Notes: generated from the letters alone by a model not told the origin. Counted from the stretch's first letter, positions 1 through 7,636 are shown. The stretch is 64,000 nucleotides of DNA from Actinomycetota bacterium (GCA_035697485.1 DASSCU010000049.1:81200-145199); one strand, 5' to 3'. Made by a program: numbers and translations.

Positions 1-696
1 CGGGTGCTCGTGAAGGTCGGTGATTCGATCACGACCGACCACATCTCGCCCGCGGGTTCGATCAAGCTCGACTCGCCCGCCGGCGCCTACCTGCGGGACC
101 GGGGCGTGGAGCCCGTCGACTTCAACTCCTACGGCTCCCGGCGCGGGAACCACGAGGTGATGATGCGCGGCACGTTCGCGAACATCCGCCTCCGCAACGA
201 GATCGCCCCGGGCACCGAGGGCTCCTTCACGACTCATCTGCCCAGCGGCGAGGTGACGAGCGTGTACGAGGCCGCGGAGCGGTACCGATCAGACGCCACG
301 CCGCTCGCCGTGCTGGCCGGCAAGGAGTACGGCAGCGGATCGAGCCGCGACTGGGCGGCCAAAGGCCCGAACCTGCTCGGCGTGCGGTTCGTGATCGCGG
401 AGAGCTTCGAGCGCATCCATCGATCGAACCTGGTGGGCATGGGGGTCCTCCCGTTGCAGCATGCGACCGGCGAGAGCGCCGCCTCGCTCGGCCTCACAGG
501 ACGCGAGACCTTCTCGGTCCGCGGCCTCGCCGGCGGCATCACGCCCGGCCAGACGGCGACGGTCCACGCGGCGGCCGACGACGGCGCCTCCACGACGTTC
601 GACGTGACGGTCAGGATCGACGCCGAGGCCGAGCTCGAGTACTTCCGGGCCGGCGGCATCCTGCGGCTCGTGCTCGCCCAGATGCTCGGACGCTGA
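1..696 (+). CDS. acnA: aconitate hydratase, C-terminal part (5' end outside window)
   Basis: The frame is open from base 1. It contains [32 protein letters not shown] and [14 protein letters not shown] blocks typical of the aconitase swivel domain. Stop TGA at 694-696. Confidence 0.9.
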   Translation, partial: RVLVKVGDSITTDHISPAGSIKLDSPAGAYLRDRGVEPVDFNSYGSRRGNHEVMMRGTFANIRLRNEIAPGTEGSFTTHLPSGEVTSVYEAAERYRSDATPLAVLAGKEYGSGSSRDWAAKGPNLLGVRFVIAESFERIHRSNLVGMGVLPLQHATGESAASLGLTGRETFSVRGLAGGITPGQTATVHAAADDGASTTFDVTVRIDAEAELEYFRAGGILRLVLAQMLGR

Positions 697-749
697 CGAA
701 CGAAGTTATGCATGCGGTCCTGGCCGCGGCGCTGGCGAGACCGGTCACC

Positions 750-755
750 TAGCAT
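750..755 (+). promoter_or_regulatory. candidate -10 hexamer TAGCAT, 6 nt upstream of the heliorhodopsin ATG (leaderless transcript predicted)
   Basis: TANNNT hexamer at 750-755 and ATG at 762, with no Shine-Dalgarno sequence between them. The same geometry recurs at many genes in the window. Confidence 0.45.
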
Positions 756-761
756 CGAGTC

Positions 762-1541
762 ATGTCCGCTGCCGTCAACGTCGTCGCCACCGGTGTCACC
801 GACTCACGCCTGCGGAACCTGCGCCGGTGGAACCTCGGCCTCACGGTGCTCCACATCGCCCAGGCCGTGGCGGTACTGCTGCTCGCAGACGACTTTGCGA
901 TCGCGGTGACGTCGTCGTTCCCCGAGGGCCCGCCGGGCGCGCCGATCCCGGCTCCCGAGACGCTGTTCGAGGTGACGATCGGCTGGGCCGTCGCCTCGTT
1001 CCTCGGTCTCGCGGCGCTGGACCATCTGCTCACCGCGACCGTCGGTAGAGGCACGTACGAGCGCGACCTGCGCCGCGGCATCAACAGGTTCCGCTGGGTG
1101 GAGTACGCGGTCAGCGCGACGCTGATGATCGTGCTGATCAACTTCTACTCGGGGACCACCTCGATCAACGCCGTCATCGCGATCGCCGGAGCGAACGTGG
1201 CGATGATCCTGTTCGGCTGGATCGAGGAGGCGATGAATCCTCCGAGCCGCTCGTCGACGACGATGCTGCCATTCTGGTTCGGCACCATCGCCGGCCTTGC
1301 GCCGTGGGCCGTCGTCGCCGTGAACATCGTCGGCTCGGCGACCGTGCCAGGGTTCGTCTATGGCATCGTCATCGCGCAGTTCGTCTTCTTCTTCAGCTTC
1401 GGGCTGAACCAATGGCTCCAGTACCGAGGAGTCGGTCGCTGGACGGACTACGCGTTCGGCGAGAAGGCCTACCTCGTGCTCAGCCTGGGGGCGAAGTCCG
1501 CGCTCGCCTGGCAGATCTTCGCGGGCTCGCTCGCGGGCTGA
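762..1541 (+). CDS. heliorhodopsin (7-TM retinal protein, inverted topology family)
   Basis: 259 aa. It shows block-by-block identity to my recollection of heliorhodopsin 48C12: LHIAQAVAVLLLADDFA, GPPG, FLGLAALDH, RFRWVEYAVSATLMIVLI, NVAMILFGWIEE, LPFWFGTIAGLAPW, VPGFVYGIVIAQFVFFFSFGLNQWLQY and GEKAYLVLSLGAKSALAWQIFAGSL. The Schiff-base Lys is K245 (aag 1494-1496) and the counterion Glu is E114 in WVEY. Confidence 0.9.
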   Translation: MSAAVNVVATGVTDSRLRNLRRWNLGLTVLHIAQAVAVLLLADDFAIAVTSSFPEGPPGAPIPAPETLFEVTIGWAVASFLGLAALDHLLTATVGRGTYERDLRRGINRFRWVEYAVSATLMIVLINFYSGTTSINAVIAIAGANVAMILFGWIEEAMNPPSRSSTTMLPFWFGTIAGLAPWAVVAVNIVGSATVPGFVYGIVIAQFVFFFSFGLNQWLQYRGVGRWTDYAFGEKAYLVLSLGAKSALAWQIFAGSLAG

Positions 1542-1554
1542 GCCCGAACGTGGA

Positions 1555-1582
1555 GGAAGGCGGGGCGTGTGCCCCGCCTTCC
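1555..1582. terminator. bidirectional intrinsic terminator hairpin between convergent heliorhodopsin and DoxX genes
   Basis: Perfect 12-bp stem GGAAGGCGGGGC / GCCCCGCCTTCC with loop GTGT, placed 14 nt after the heliorhodopsin stop and 22 nt after the DoxX stop. Confidence 0.7.
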
Positions 1583-1603
1583 GTTCGCCGTTCCTCGTCG
1601 TGC

Positions 1604-2230
1604 TCAGGCGAGGATCGGGTGCTTCTTCACCAGTTCGGTCTGCTGCCACACCTTCCCGAGCCCGAGGTAGATGCCCGCGTTCGCGAAGAACAGGGCTCCC
1701 AGCACCAGCGCCGAGACGACGTGGTCGTCGACGAACGGGTTGTGCTCGGGCCAGATCGCCGTGGCGGTGTAGAAGATCGCCATCCAGATGATGCCGCCGA
1801 TGCTGGCGAGCTTGACGCCGATCCCGAGGATCAGCGCGAGGCCGATCAGTAGCATCGAGGCCATGTAGACCCAGTCCACCCAGGCCGCCGAGGTCGGTCC
1901 GGCCTCGGTCATCTGGAACCCGGTGATCGTCTGATAGAAGTCCGTGAACGGACCCTTCATCGCGAACCCGAGTACGCCGGCCGTCGGCGATCCGCCGTTG
2001 ATCCAGGCGGCGTCACCGAAGAAGTCGATCGAGCTGGCGCCCGAGGCCTCGTCGACGACCCGCCCCGTCGAGAAGCCGAGGGCGAACGCCTTGTCGAGGA
2101 AGGCCCACAGGAAGGTCCAGCCCATCGCGAACCGCAGCAACCCCATCACCACGCCCAGGCCTTTGCGGGTCTCCGGCGTCGCCTCGGGGATCGTGATCGG
2201 CTCGACGGCCCTCCGAACCTGCGTGTCCAT
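1604..2230 (-). CDS. DoxX-family membrane protein
   Basis: Four predicted TM helices and an N-terminal LLRFAMGWTFLWAFLDKAFALGF block typical of actinobacterial DoxX proteins. AAGGAGG lies 8 nt upstream of the ATG at 2230; the track ORF starts 9 nt earlier at a GTG. Confidence 0.75.
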   Translation of the reverse strand: MDTQVRRAVEPITIPEATPETRKGLGVVMGLLRFAMGWTFLWAFLDKAFALGFSTGRVVDEASGASSIDFFGDAAWINGGSPTAGVLGFAMKGPFTDFYQTITGFQMTEAGPTSAAWVDWVYMASMLLIGLALILGIGVKLASIGGIIWMAIFYTATAIWPEHNPFVDDHVVSALVLGALFFANAGIYLGLGKVWQQTELVKKHPILA

Positions 2231-2310
2231 GTACCCCACCTCCTTCGTTTCTTCGGTGATGTTCCCCCGGAGGGAGGCACGTCGAACCAGGCTCGTGGCC
2301 CCATGAGGGC

Positions 2311-2324
2311 GGGACCGTGGACCC
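2311..2324. promoter_or_regulatory. DosR-like box candidate GGGAC-CGTG-GACCC (one arm mismatch) upstream of DoxX
   Basis: Matches the GGGAC-N4-GTCCC core except for one base. It lies in the 137-nt gap upstream of the DoxX start. Confidence 0.3.
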
Positions 2325-2348
2325 CGGGCCGGGTGGGCTCGTCCGAGC

Positions 2349-2362
2349 GGGACCTTCGGCCC
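2349..2362. promoter_or_regulatory. DosR-like box candidate GGGAC-CTTC-GGCCC (one arm mismatch)
   Basis: Second near-palindrome in the same gap, 24 nt from the first. Confidence 0.25.
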
Positions 2363-2367
2363 TGCCG

Positions 2368-3039
2368 CTACTCCTCCACGGTGCCGGGCGTGGTGGTGTG
2401 GCGGGCGAGGTAGGCGGCCGCCTCGGCTCGGCGGGCGACCTCGAGCTTGGACAGGATCGACGAGACGTAGTTCTTCACGGTCTTCTCGGCGAGGTTCAGC
2501 TCGTCGCCGATCTCCCGGTTCGTGCGCCCGTCGGCCACGAGGGTGAGGATGCGCTCTTCCTGGGGTGAGAGCCGCGCGAGCTTCTCGTCCTTCATCAGGT
2601 GCTTTCCCTTGCGCAGACGGTCGAGCACGGCGCTCGTGACGCTCGGGTCGAGCAGGGAATCGCCCGCGCCTACCGCGCGGATCGCGCGGAGCAGGTCGCC
2701 CGACTTCACTTGCTTCAGCACGTAGCCGGACGCTCCCGCCATGATCGAGGCGAACAGCGCCTCGTCGTCGGCGAACGATGTGAGCATCAGCACCCGGGTG
2801 TCGGGATGATCCGCGCGGATCTCTCGGGTGGCCTCGATACCGCTGCCGTCGGCCAGGCGCACGTCCATCACGACCACGTCGGGACGGGTGCGGTGCGCCT
2901 CGTCGATCGCCTCGCGCACCGTGCCCGCCTGGGCCGTGACGACGACGTCGTCCTCGGTGTCGAGCATGGCCTTGATGCCGTCGCGCACGATCTCGTGGTC
3001 GTCGACGAGCATCACCCGCAGCGGCGCCTTCTTCGTCAT
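2368..3039 (-). CDS. NarL/LuxR-family response regulator, DosR/DevR-like
   Basis: REC domain (VMLVDDHEIV, DVRLADGSGIE) plus LuxR HTH (LAEKTVKNYVSSILSKLEV). Long blocks match my recollection of M. tuberculosis DosR (LTSxxxDEAxxxxIxAGASGYVxK, VGAGxSLLD). A -10-like TAGGAT lies 7 nt upstream of the ATG at 3039; an alternative ATG is at 3048. Confidence 0.9.
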   Translation of the reverse strand: MTKKAPLRVMLVDDHEIVRDGIKAMLDTEDDVVVTAQAGTVREAIDEAHRTRPDVVVMDVRLADGSGIEATREIRADHPDTRVLMLTSFADDEALFASIMAGASGYVLKQVKSGDLLRAIRAVGAGDSLLDPSVTSAVLDRLRKGKHLMKDEKLARLSPQEERILTLVADGRTNREIGDELNLAEKTVKNYVSSILSKLEVARRAEAAAYLARHTTTPGTVEE

Positions 3040-3060
3040 GGCGCCCATCCTATCGGGGGC

Positions 3061-3537
3061 TCACACGGGCCGGTGCACGTCCTCCGGGTCGGCGAGCAGC
3101 GAATCCTTCACCCGATCGAGGAAGTCCTTGAGGGTCGCCTCCGCGACGCGGAACAGGACCGCACGGTCGATCGCGCGCCCGACGGCCCCGAGGGGCGGCA
3201 CGTATCGTGCGCTCATCGCCAGCTGCGACCGGTGGGGGCCCAGCGGCGCGATCTCGAGATCGGCGTCGAGCGACGGGAACAGTCCGGCCGCTCCGACCGC
3301 GGACCAACGGATCGGCACGACGGTCTTGCTCGGCATCTTCACCGGCTCCCCGAGTTCGATCGCCACGCGCCGAGCGACGCGGACGTCGTCGCCGAACCCC
3401 ACCTCGGCGAGCAGGGCGTCACCGTGGAAGTTGGCCTGCCCGGCCAGCCCGGGCAGCCAGGAATGCGGATCGCGCAGCAGCGCGTCCTCGACCCGCTCGG
3501 GGTCCATCGGAAGCTCCACGAAGTAACGAGCGAACAC
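3061..3537 (-). CDS. hypothetical protein, possibly SRPBCC/START-like fold
   Basis: 158-aa ORF with GC-rich third codon positions, 12 nt upstream of the regulator gene on the same strand. I recognise no diagnostic motif. Confidence 0.6.
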   Translation of the reverse strand: MFARYFVELPMDPERVEDALLRDPHSWLPGLAGQANFHGDALLAEVGFGDDVRVARRVAIELGEPVKMPSKTVVPIRWSAVGAAGLFPSLDADLEIAPLGPHRSQLAMSARYVPPLGAVGRAIDRAVLFRVAEATLKDFLDRVKDSLLADPEDVHRPV

Positions 3538-3573
3538 GCGACCCAGTGTCGCGGCAGGGGCGGGCCCGACGCA

Positions 3574-3587
3574 GGGACACAGGTCCC
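3574..3587. promoter_or_regulatory. DosR-like box GGGAC-ACAG-GTCCC (perfect arms) in the divergent promoter region
   Basis: Perfect 5-bp inverted arms with the 4-nt spacing of the mycobacterial DosR core. It lies 37 nt upstream of the 3537 start and 97 nt upstream of the oxidase ATG at 3684. Confidence 0.45.
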
Positions 3588-3683
3588 GCCCGGGTGGGGT
3601 CTCCTGGCACCCCCATCGGCCCGACGACGCCCGCAGACTCGGCCCTCATGTACGCACGAACGCCCCGGTCCGGAAGGAGATCG

Positions 3684-5051
3684 ATGATGCGAAGGTTCCG
3701 TGTGGGAGCCGCGGCACTGGCGACGGTGCTCGCGCTCGTGGCCGTCGCGTGCAGCGGCGACGGTGGGCAGGCCCCGGCCGCCGGCGACGGCGAGGCTGCG
3801 GCCGCCGCCGGTCCCGTCTCCGTCGACGTGATGTTGACCGACTTCGCGATCGATCCCGCCGCGATCGAGGTGCCGGCGGGCAGCGACATCACGTTCAACG
3901 TGATGAACCACGGGCAATCGCCGCATACGTTCGGCGTGGTGGTGGACGGCGAGACGATCGAGACACCGAGCATCGACGTCGACGGTTCGACCACGCTCGA
4001 GGTGCCTGCCCTGGCGGCGGGCACGTACGACACGTTGTGCACGGTGCCAGGTCACGACCAGCTCGGCATGGTCGGAACGCTCACGGCGACGGACGGGGCG
4101 GCCGACGGGACGACGACGGCGAGCGGCGAGGGGAGCAACGCGACCTCGCACGCCGGCATGACCGCCGAGGAGATGGCCGCGGGCCACGAGCAGGGCGTGA
4201 AGGACTTCCTCGCGGGCAAGGAGACCGACACGTACGGCAACCAGCCGATGGAGCCCGAGATGGACGGCGACGTGGAGGTCTACAACTTCACGGTCGAGGA
4301 GATCCAGTGGGAGATCGCCAAGGGCGAGTTCGTCGACGCCATGGCCTTCAACGGGCAGGTGCCCGGCCCCGAGCTCCGCGTCAACGAGGGCGACCGCGTG
4401 CGGTTCGTCGTCCAGAACCAGATGACCGAGCCGTTCGTGCTGCACTTCCACGGCCTGACGGTGCCAAACAGCGAGGACGGCGTGCCCTACGTGACTCAGC
4501 CGCCGATCATGCCCGGGGAGTACTGGACGTACGAGTTCACGATCAAGGATCCCCCCGGCATGTACGTCTACCACTCGCACTTCAACTCCGCGGAGCAGGT
4601 CGACAAGGGCCTCTACGGCTCATTGATCGTGGAGCCCAAGAACGGGAACTGGGCACCCGTGTACGGGGCCGACCCGGCCGTCGAGTACACGATGTTCGTG
4701 GGTGACGGGACGCTCGGGTACAACCTGAACGGGAAGTCGTTCCCGGCCACCCAACCGATCGTGGCGGCCAAGGGCGATTGGGTGCTGATCCACCTCGCGA
4801 ACGACGGCGCGTTGTTGCACCCGATGCACCTGCACGGCTTCCACTTCATGGTCGTGGGCGAGGACGGATACCCGCTGGCCGAGCGGAACCGGTACCTCGC
4901 GGACACGCTCGTGATCGCGCCCGGGTCGAGGTTCGACATCATGGTCAAGGCCGAATACCCCGGGGCGTGGGCCTTCCACTGCCACATCCTGCCGCACGCC
5001 GAGGGGCCGGAGGGCATGTTCGGGATGGTGACCGCGCTCGTCGTGCAGTGA
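3684..5051 (+). CDS. multicopper oxidase lipoprotein with N-terminal fused cupredoxin domain
   Basis: GGAAGGAGA lies 4 nt upstream of the ATG at 3684. Signal peptide with lipobox LVAVAC. Blue-copper ligand pattern H..CTVPGHDQLGM. MCO motifs HFHG, HSH, HPMHLH and HCHILPHAEGPEGM. The track ORF from 3207 is an Arg/Pro-rich artefactual extension. Confidence 0.85.
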   Translation: MMRRFRVGAAALATVLALVAVACSGDGGQAPAAGDGEAAAAAGPVSVDVMLTDFAIDPAAIEVPAGSDITFNVMNHGQSPHTFGVVVDGETIETPSIDVDGSTTLEVPALAAGTYDTLCTVPGHDQLGMVGTLTATDGAADGTTTASGEGSNATSHAGMTAEEMAAGHEQGVKDFLAGKETDTYGNQPMEPEMDGDVEVYNFTVEEIQWEIAKGEFVDAMAFNGQVPGPELRVNEGDRVRFVVQNQMTEPFVLHFHGLTVPNSEDGVPYVTQPPIMPGEYWTYEFTIKDPPGMYVYHSHFNSAEQVDKGLYGSLIVEPKNGNWAPVYGADPAVEYTMFVGDGTLGYNLNGKSFPATQPIVAAKGDWVLIHLANDGALLHPMHLHGFHFMVVGEDGYPLAERNRYLADTLVIAPGSRFDIMVKAEYPGAWAFHCHILPHAEGPEGMFGMVTALVVQ

Positions 5052-5111
5052 CGTTCGCGATCCGACCAGTCGCTGCGAGGCCGCGGCGTCCTGCCCCGGC
5101 CCTCGTCGTTC

Positions 5112-6278
5112 CTAGAGGGGGAGCCGCGCCCTGATCGTGGTGCCTTCGCCGGCGACGCTGAGGATCGTGAGCTCGCCGCCCAGCGAGGTCACCCGCTCAC
5201 GCAGGTTGCGCATGCCCATGCCCGACGAGGGGGCCGACGGGTCGAACCCCATGCCGTCGTCGTCGACCTCGAGCTCGGCGCCGCCGTCGGAGCGTCGCAG
5301 GCTGATGCGGCACGATGTGGCCTGGGCATGGCGGCCCACGTTCGAGAGGGCCTCGCGCACGAGCTGTACCACGTCGGCCGCGCGACTCGCGAGCTCGGCC
5401 GCAACGCCGTCGTCGACGTCGACGATCGTGAGCACGTCGGACCGCCCCTGGAACTCGAGCGCGAGCTGCTGGAGCGCCTGGTCGAGCTGACGGTCGGCGA
5501 GGATGCCGGGCCGCAGCCCGAAGATGTAGTTGCGCAGGTCGCGGATCGCGCGGTCGACCTCTTCCGTCGCGTTCTCGATGCGTCGGGCGATCTCGGGGTC
5601 GTTGGCCATCGCCGCGGTGCCCTGCAGCCCCATGCCCACCGCGAACAGCGCCTGGATCACGCCGTCGTGTAGCTCCTTCGCGATGCGCTCGCGTTCCTCG
5701 AGCAGCTCGAGCCGGGCGAGCTCCTCGTGAGCTCGCCGCATCTCCTCGTACAGCCGGGCGTTCTCGATCGCGACGCCGGCCTGCGTGGCCAGCACGACCA
5801 ACGCGGCCTCGTCGTCCTCGGTGAACTCCGAGGCCCCTTGCTTCTCGGTGAGGTAGATGTTGCCGAAGACCTGGCCGAGGGCCGTGACCGGCGCCCCGAG
5901 GAACGAATGCATCGGCGGGTGGTTCGGCGGGAAGCCGGCCGACCTCGGGTCGGCACCGATCTCGGGGATGCGCATCGGTCGCCGTTCCCGGATCAGCAGC
6001 CCGAGGATGCCGTGACCCACCGGCGGGTGCCCGATCGCGGCTCGCTCCTGCTCGGTCACGCCCTGGGTGATGAATCGCTCGATGCGAGGAGTGTCCTCGC
6101 CGAGCACGCCGAGCGCTCCGTAACGGGCCCCCGTGATCGCCACGGCCAGCTCCACGATCCGCTGGAGCACGGCTTCGAGGTCGAGCTCCGCTGCGAGGGC
6201 GAGTCCCGCCTCGATCAACATGCCCGTGCGGGCGTCGTCGGAAGGCACGCTCGTCGACGGCTCGCGATGGCTCACCAC
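5112..6278 (-). CDS. GAF-domain sensor histidine kinase (HisKA_3 / NarL-partner type)
   Basis: N-terminal GAF (HPPMHSFLGAPV block), HisKA_3 H-box ERERIAKELHDGVIQ, and a HATPase C-terminus (DDGMGF, GMGMRNLRERV). A -10-like TAGGCT at 6282-6287 precedes the tandem GTG codons at 6278 and 6275. Confidence 0.9.
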   Translation of the reverse strand: MVSHREPSTSVPSDDARTGMLIEAGLALAAELDLEAVLQRIVELAVAITGARYGALGVLGEDTPRIERFITQGVTEQERAAIGHPPVGHGILGLLIRERRPMRIPEIGADPRSAGFPPNHPPMHSFLGAPVTALGQVFGNIYLTEKQGASEFTEDDEAALVVLATQAGVAIENARLYEEMRRAHEELARLELLEERERIAKELHDGVIQALFAVGMGLQGTAAMANDPEIARRIENATEEVDRAIRDLRNYIFGLRPGILADRQLDQALQQLALEFQGRSDVLTIVDVDDGVAAELASRAADVVQLVREALSNVGRHAQATSCRISLRRSDGGAELEVDDDGMGFDPSAPSSGMGMRNLRERVTSLGGELTILSVAGEGTTIRARLPL

Positions 6279-6414
6279 CCGAGCCTAGCAACGGGGTCGG
6301 TCCGTCCCGTCCGTTGGGGGGCACCGGACCCGGGTCTCGAGCGAGCACCCGTCCTACGGTGACCGTGGGGCTCGAGGGCCGAGCGGTCCGGTGCCCCGCG
6401 AGGAGGTGTCCGAG

Positions 6415-7095
6415 ATGACACGCACCGTGGCCGACGTGATGACCAGGACCGTCGTGGTGGTGCCGGGCTCAGCACCCTTCAAGCAGGTCGTCCGCGCGAT
6501 GAGGGAGTACCGGGTGAGCGCCCTGCCCGTGACCGACGCCGACGGCTTGATCGTGGGCGTGGTCTCCGAAGCCGACATGATCCTGCGTGAGGACCCATCC
6601 GTGCTCGAGCCGCACTTCTTCGAGGGGCACACTCGTCGTGACGAGCGGAAGAAGGCCGAGGCGTTGGTGGCCCGCGATCTGATGACCGCCCCGCCGGTGA
6701 CGATCGGCCCGCAGGCGTCGGTGGCCGAAGCCGCGCGGATGATGCACGAACGTGACGTGAAGAGACTACCGGTGATCGATCTCGAAGGAAGAATCGTCGG
6801 CATCGTCTCTCGCATGGACCTGCTGGCGGAGTTCCTGCGCGACGACGACGACATCAAGACCGAGGTCTGCCGGGTGCTCGCCGACGATCTCGCGATCGCC
6901 GCCGATCAGGTGCTGGTGCTCGTCGAGGACGGCGTCGTGCATCTCGAAGGACGCATCGAGCGCAGGTCGCTCGTCCCGACGATCTGGGGAGCCGTGCGCG
7001 CTGTACCCGGTGTCGTCGGCCTCGACGAACGGCTCACCTGGGAGCTCGACGACACCATCACGCCGGTGTCACCGGTTCCCTGGGTCGGCTTCTGA
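6415..7095 (+). CDS. CBS-pair plus BON domain protein
   Basis: Two CBS motifs (VADVMTRTVVVV.., ARDLMTAPPVTI..) followed by a BON-like C-terminus (VLVEDGVVHLEGRI). GAGGAGG lies 8 nt upstream of the ATG at 6415. Confidence 0.85.
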   Translation: MTRTVADVMTRTVVVVPGSAPFKQVVRAMREYRVSALPVTDADGLIVGVVSEADMILREDPSVLEPHFFEGHTRRDERKKAEALVARDLMTAPPVTIGPQASVAEAARMMHERDVKRLPVIDLEGRIVGIVSRMDLLAEFLRDDDDIKTEVCRVLADDLAIAADQVLVLVEDGVVHLEGRIERRSLVPTIWGAVRAVPGVVGLDERLTWELDDTITPVSPVPWVGF

Positions 7096-7636
7096 CGGGC
7101 GGAGCCGGCCGCGGCGAGCGGTAGCCGTACGTCAGCGCTCGCACGATCGTGAGGAAGACGACCATCAGCCCGGTGATCGCGTAGATCGCGAACATCCACG
7201 GGCGCTCGGTGTCGGTGCCGGCGAAGACGCCGTGCAGGAGCGCGAGCGTGAACGCGGGCACCGCGAGCACGTGGAGCCGCCGCCACCACGTCGTGCCGAG
7301 CGGCCTGCGGAGCCATGAGGACACGACCACGACCACGATCGCGTACATGGCGATCACACCGGCCGAGATCGCGACGGGGCGATAGTCCGACGCCATGGGA
7401 ACCGTGAGCGCGCTGAACGAGAACGGCATGAACTCATCGATCAGCAGCAGGCCGAGGTGAACCCCGAGCAGCGCGAGGCCCGTCGAAGCCACGAACGCGT
7501 GGAACAGGTTCGCCGACGGCTTCGAGATGCGCTTCGTCACCACCGACGTGGTCGCGATGAGCCCCCAGGCGACGGAGAGGAACAGCATCAGGTAGCTGCC
7601 GATGCCGGCAGCCCGCAACAGGATCCACGTGCTCAT
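7058..7636 (-). CDS. ferric-reductase-like / MsrQ-like di-haem transmembrane protein
   Basis: 192 aa and polytopic. Two His pairs sit in TM helices (HAFVASTGLALLGVH = H-x13-H; HVLAVPAFTLALLH = H-x12-H), as in haem-b binding ferric reductase domains. Its start overlaps the ApbE stop (ATGA). Confidence 0.75.
   Translation of the reverse strand: MSTWILLRAAGIGSYLMLFLSVAWGLIATTSVVTKRISKPSANLFHAFVASTGLALLGVHLGLLLIDEFMPFSFSALTVPMASDYRPVAISAGVIAMYAIVVVVVSSWLRRPLGTTWWRRLHVLAVPAFTLALLHGVFAGTDTERPWMFAIYAITGLMVVFLTIVRALTYGYRSPRPAPPVRSRPREPVTPA

Noticed and set aside
3207-3683. N-terminal 159-codon extension of the multicopper oxidase ORF.
   Set aside because: The extension is Arg/Pro-rich and overlaps the opposite-strand gene 3061-3537. 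A good ribosome-binding site plus a lipoprotein signal peptide begins at ATG 3684.
3339-4580. Long ORFs antisense or out of frame to well-supported genes. Examples are 3339-4580(-), 15277-16983(-), 19730-22039(-), 25509-27821(-), 28735-30291(-), 41277-42947(-), 44794-47259(-), 49012-51195(-), 52981-55209(-), 58938-60761(+), 25098-27755(+) upstream part and 52920-55148(+).
   Set aside because: Their translations are Arg/Pro/Gly/Ala-rich low-complexity strings with no motifs. They overlap genes with clear family signatures. Stop-free alternative frames are expected in DNA this GC-rich.
6291-6310. GGGGTCGGTCCGTCCC in the kinase/CBS divergent region, as a possible DosR-like box.
   Set aside because: The half-site spacing is 6 nt rather than 4 nt and one arm is imperfect, so it is much weaker than the 3574-3587 site.
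1-7100. Retinal/carotenoid biosynthesis genes (crtE, crtB, crtI, crtY, blh) near the heliorhodopsin.
   Set aside because: None of the neighbouring translations resembles these enzymes, so the absence is reported under the heliorhodopsin finding rather than as a feature.
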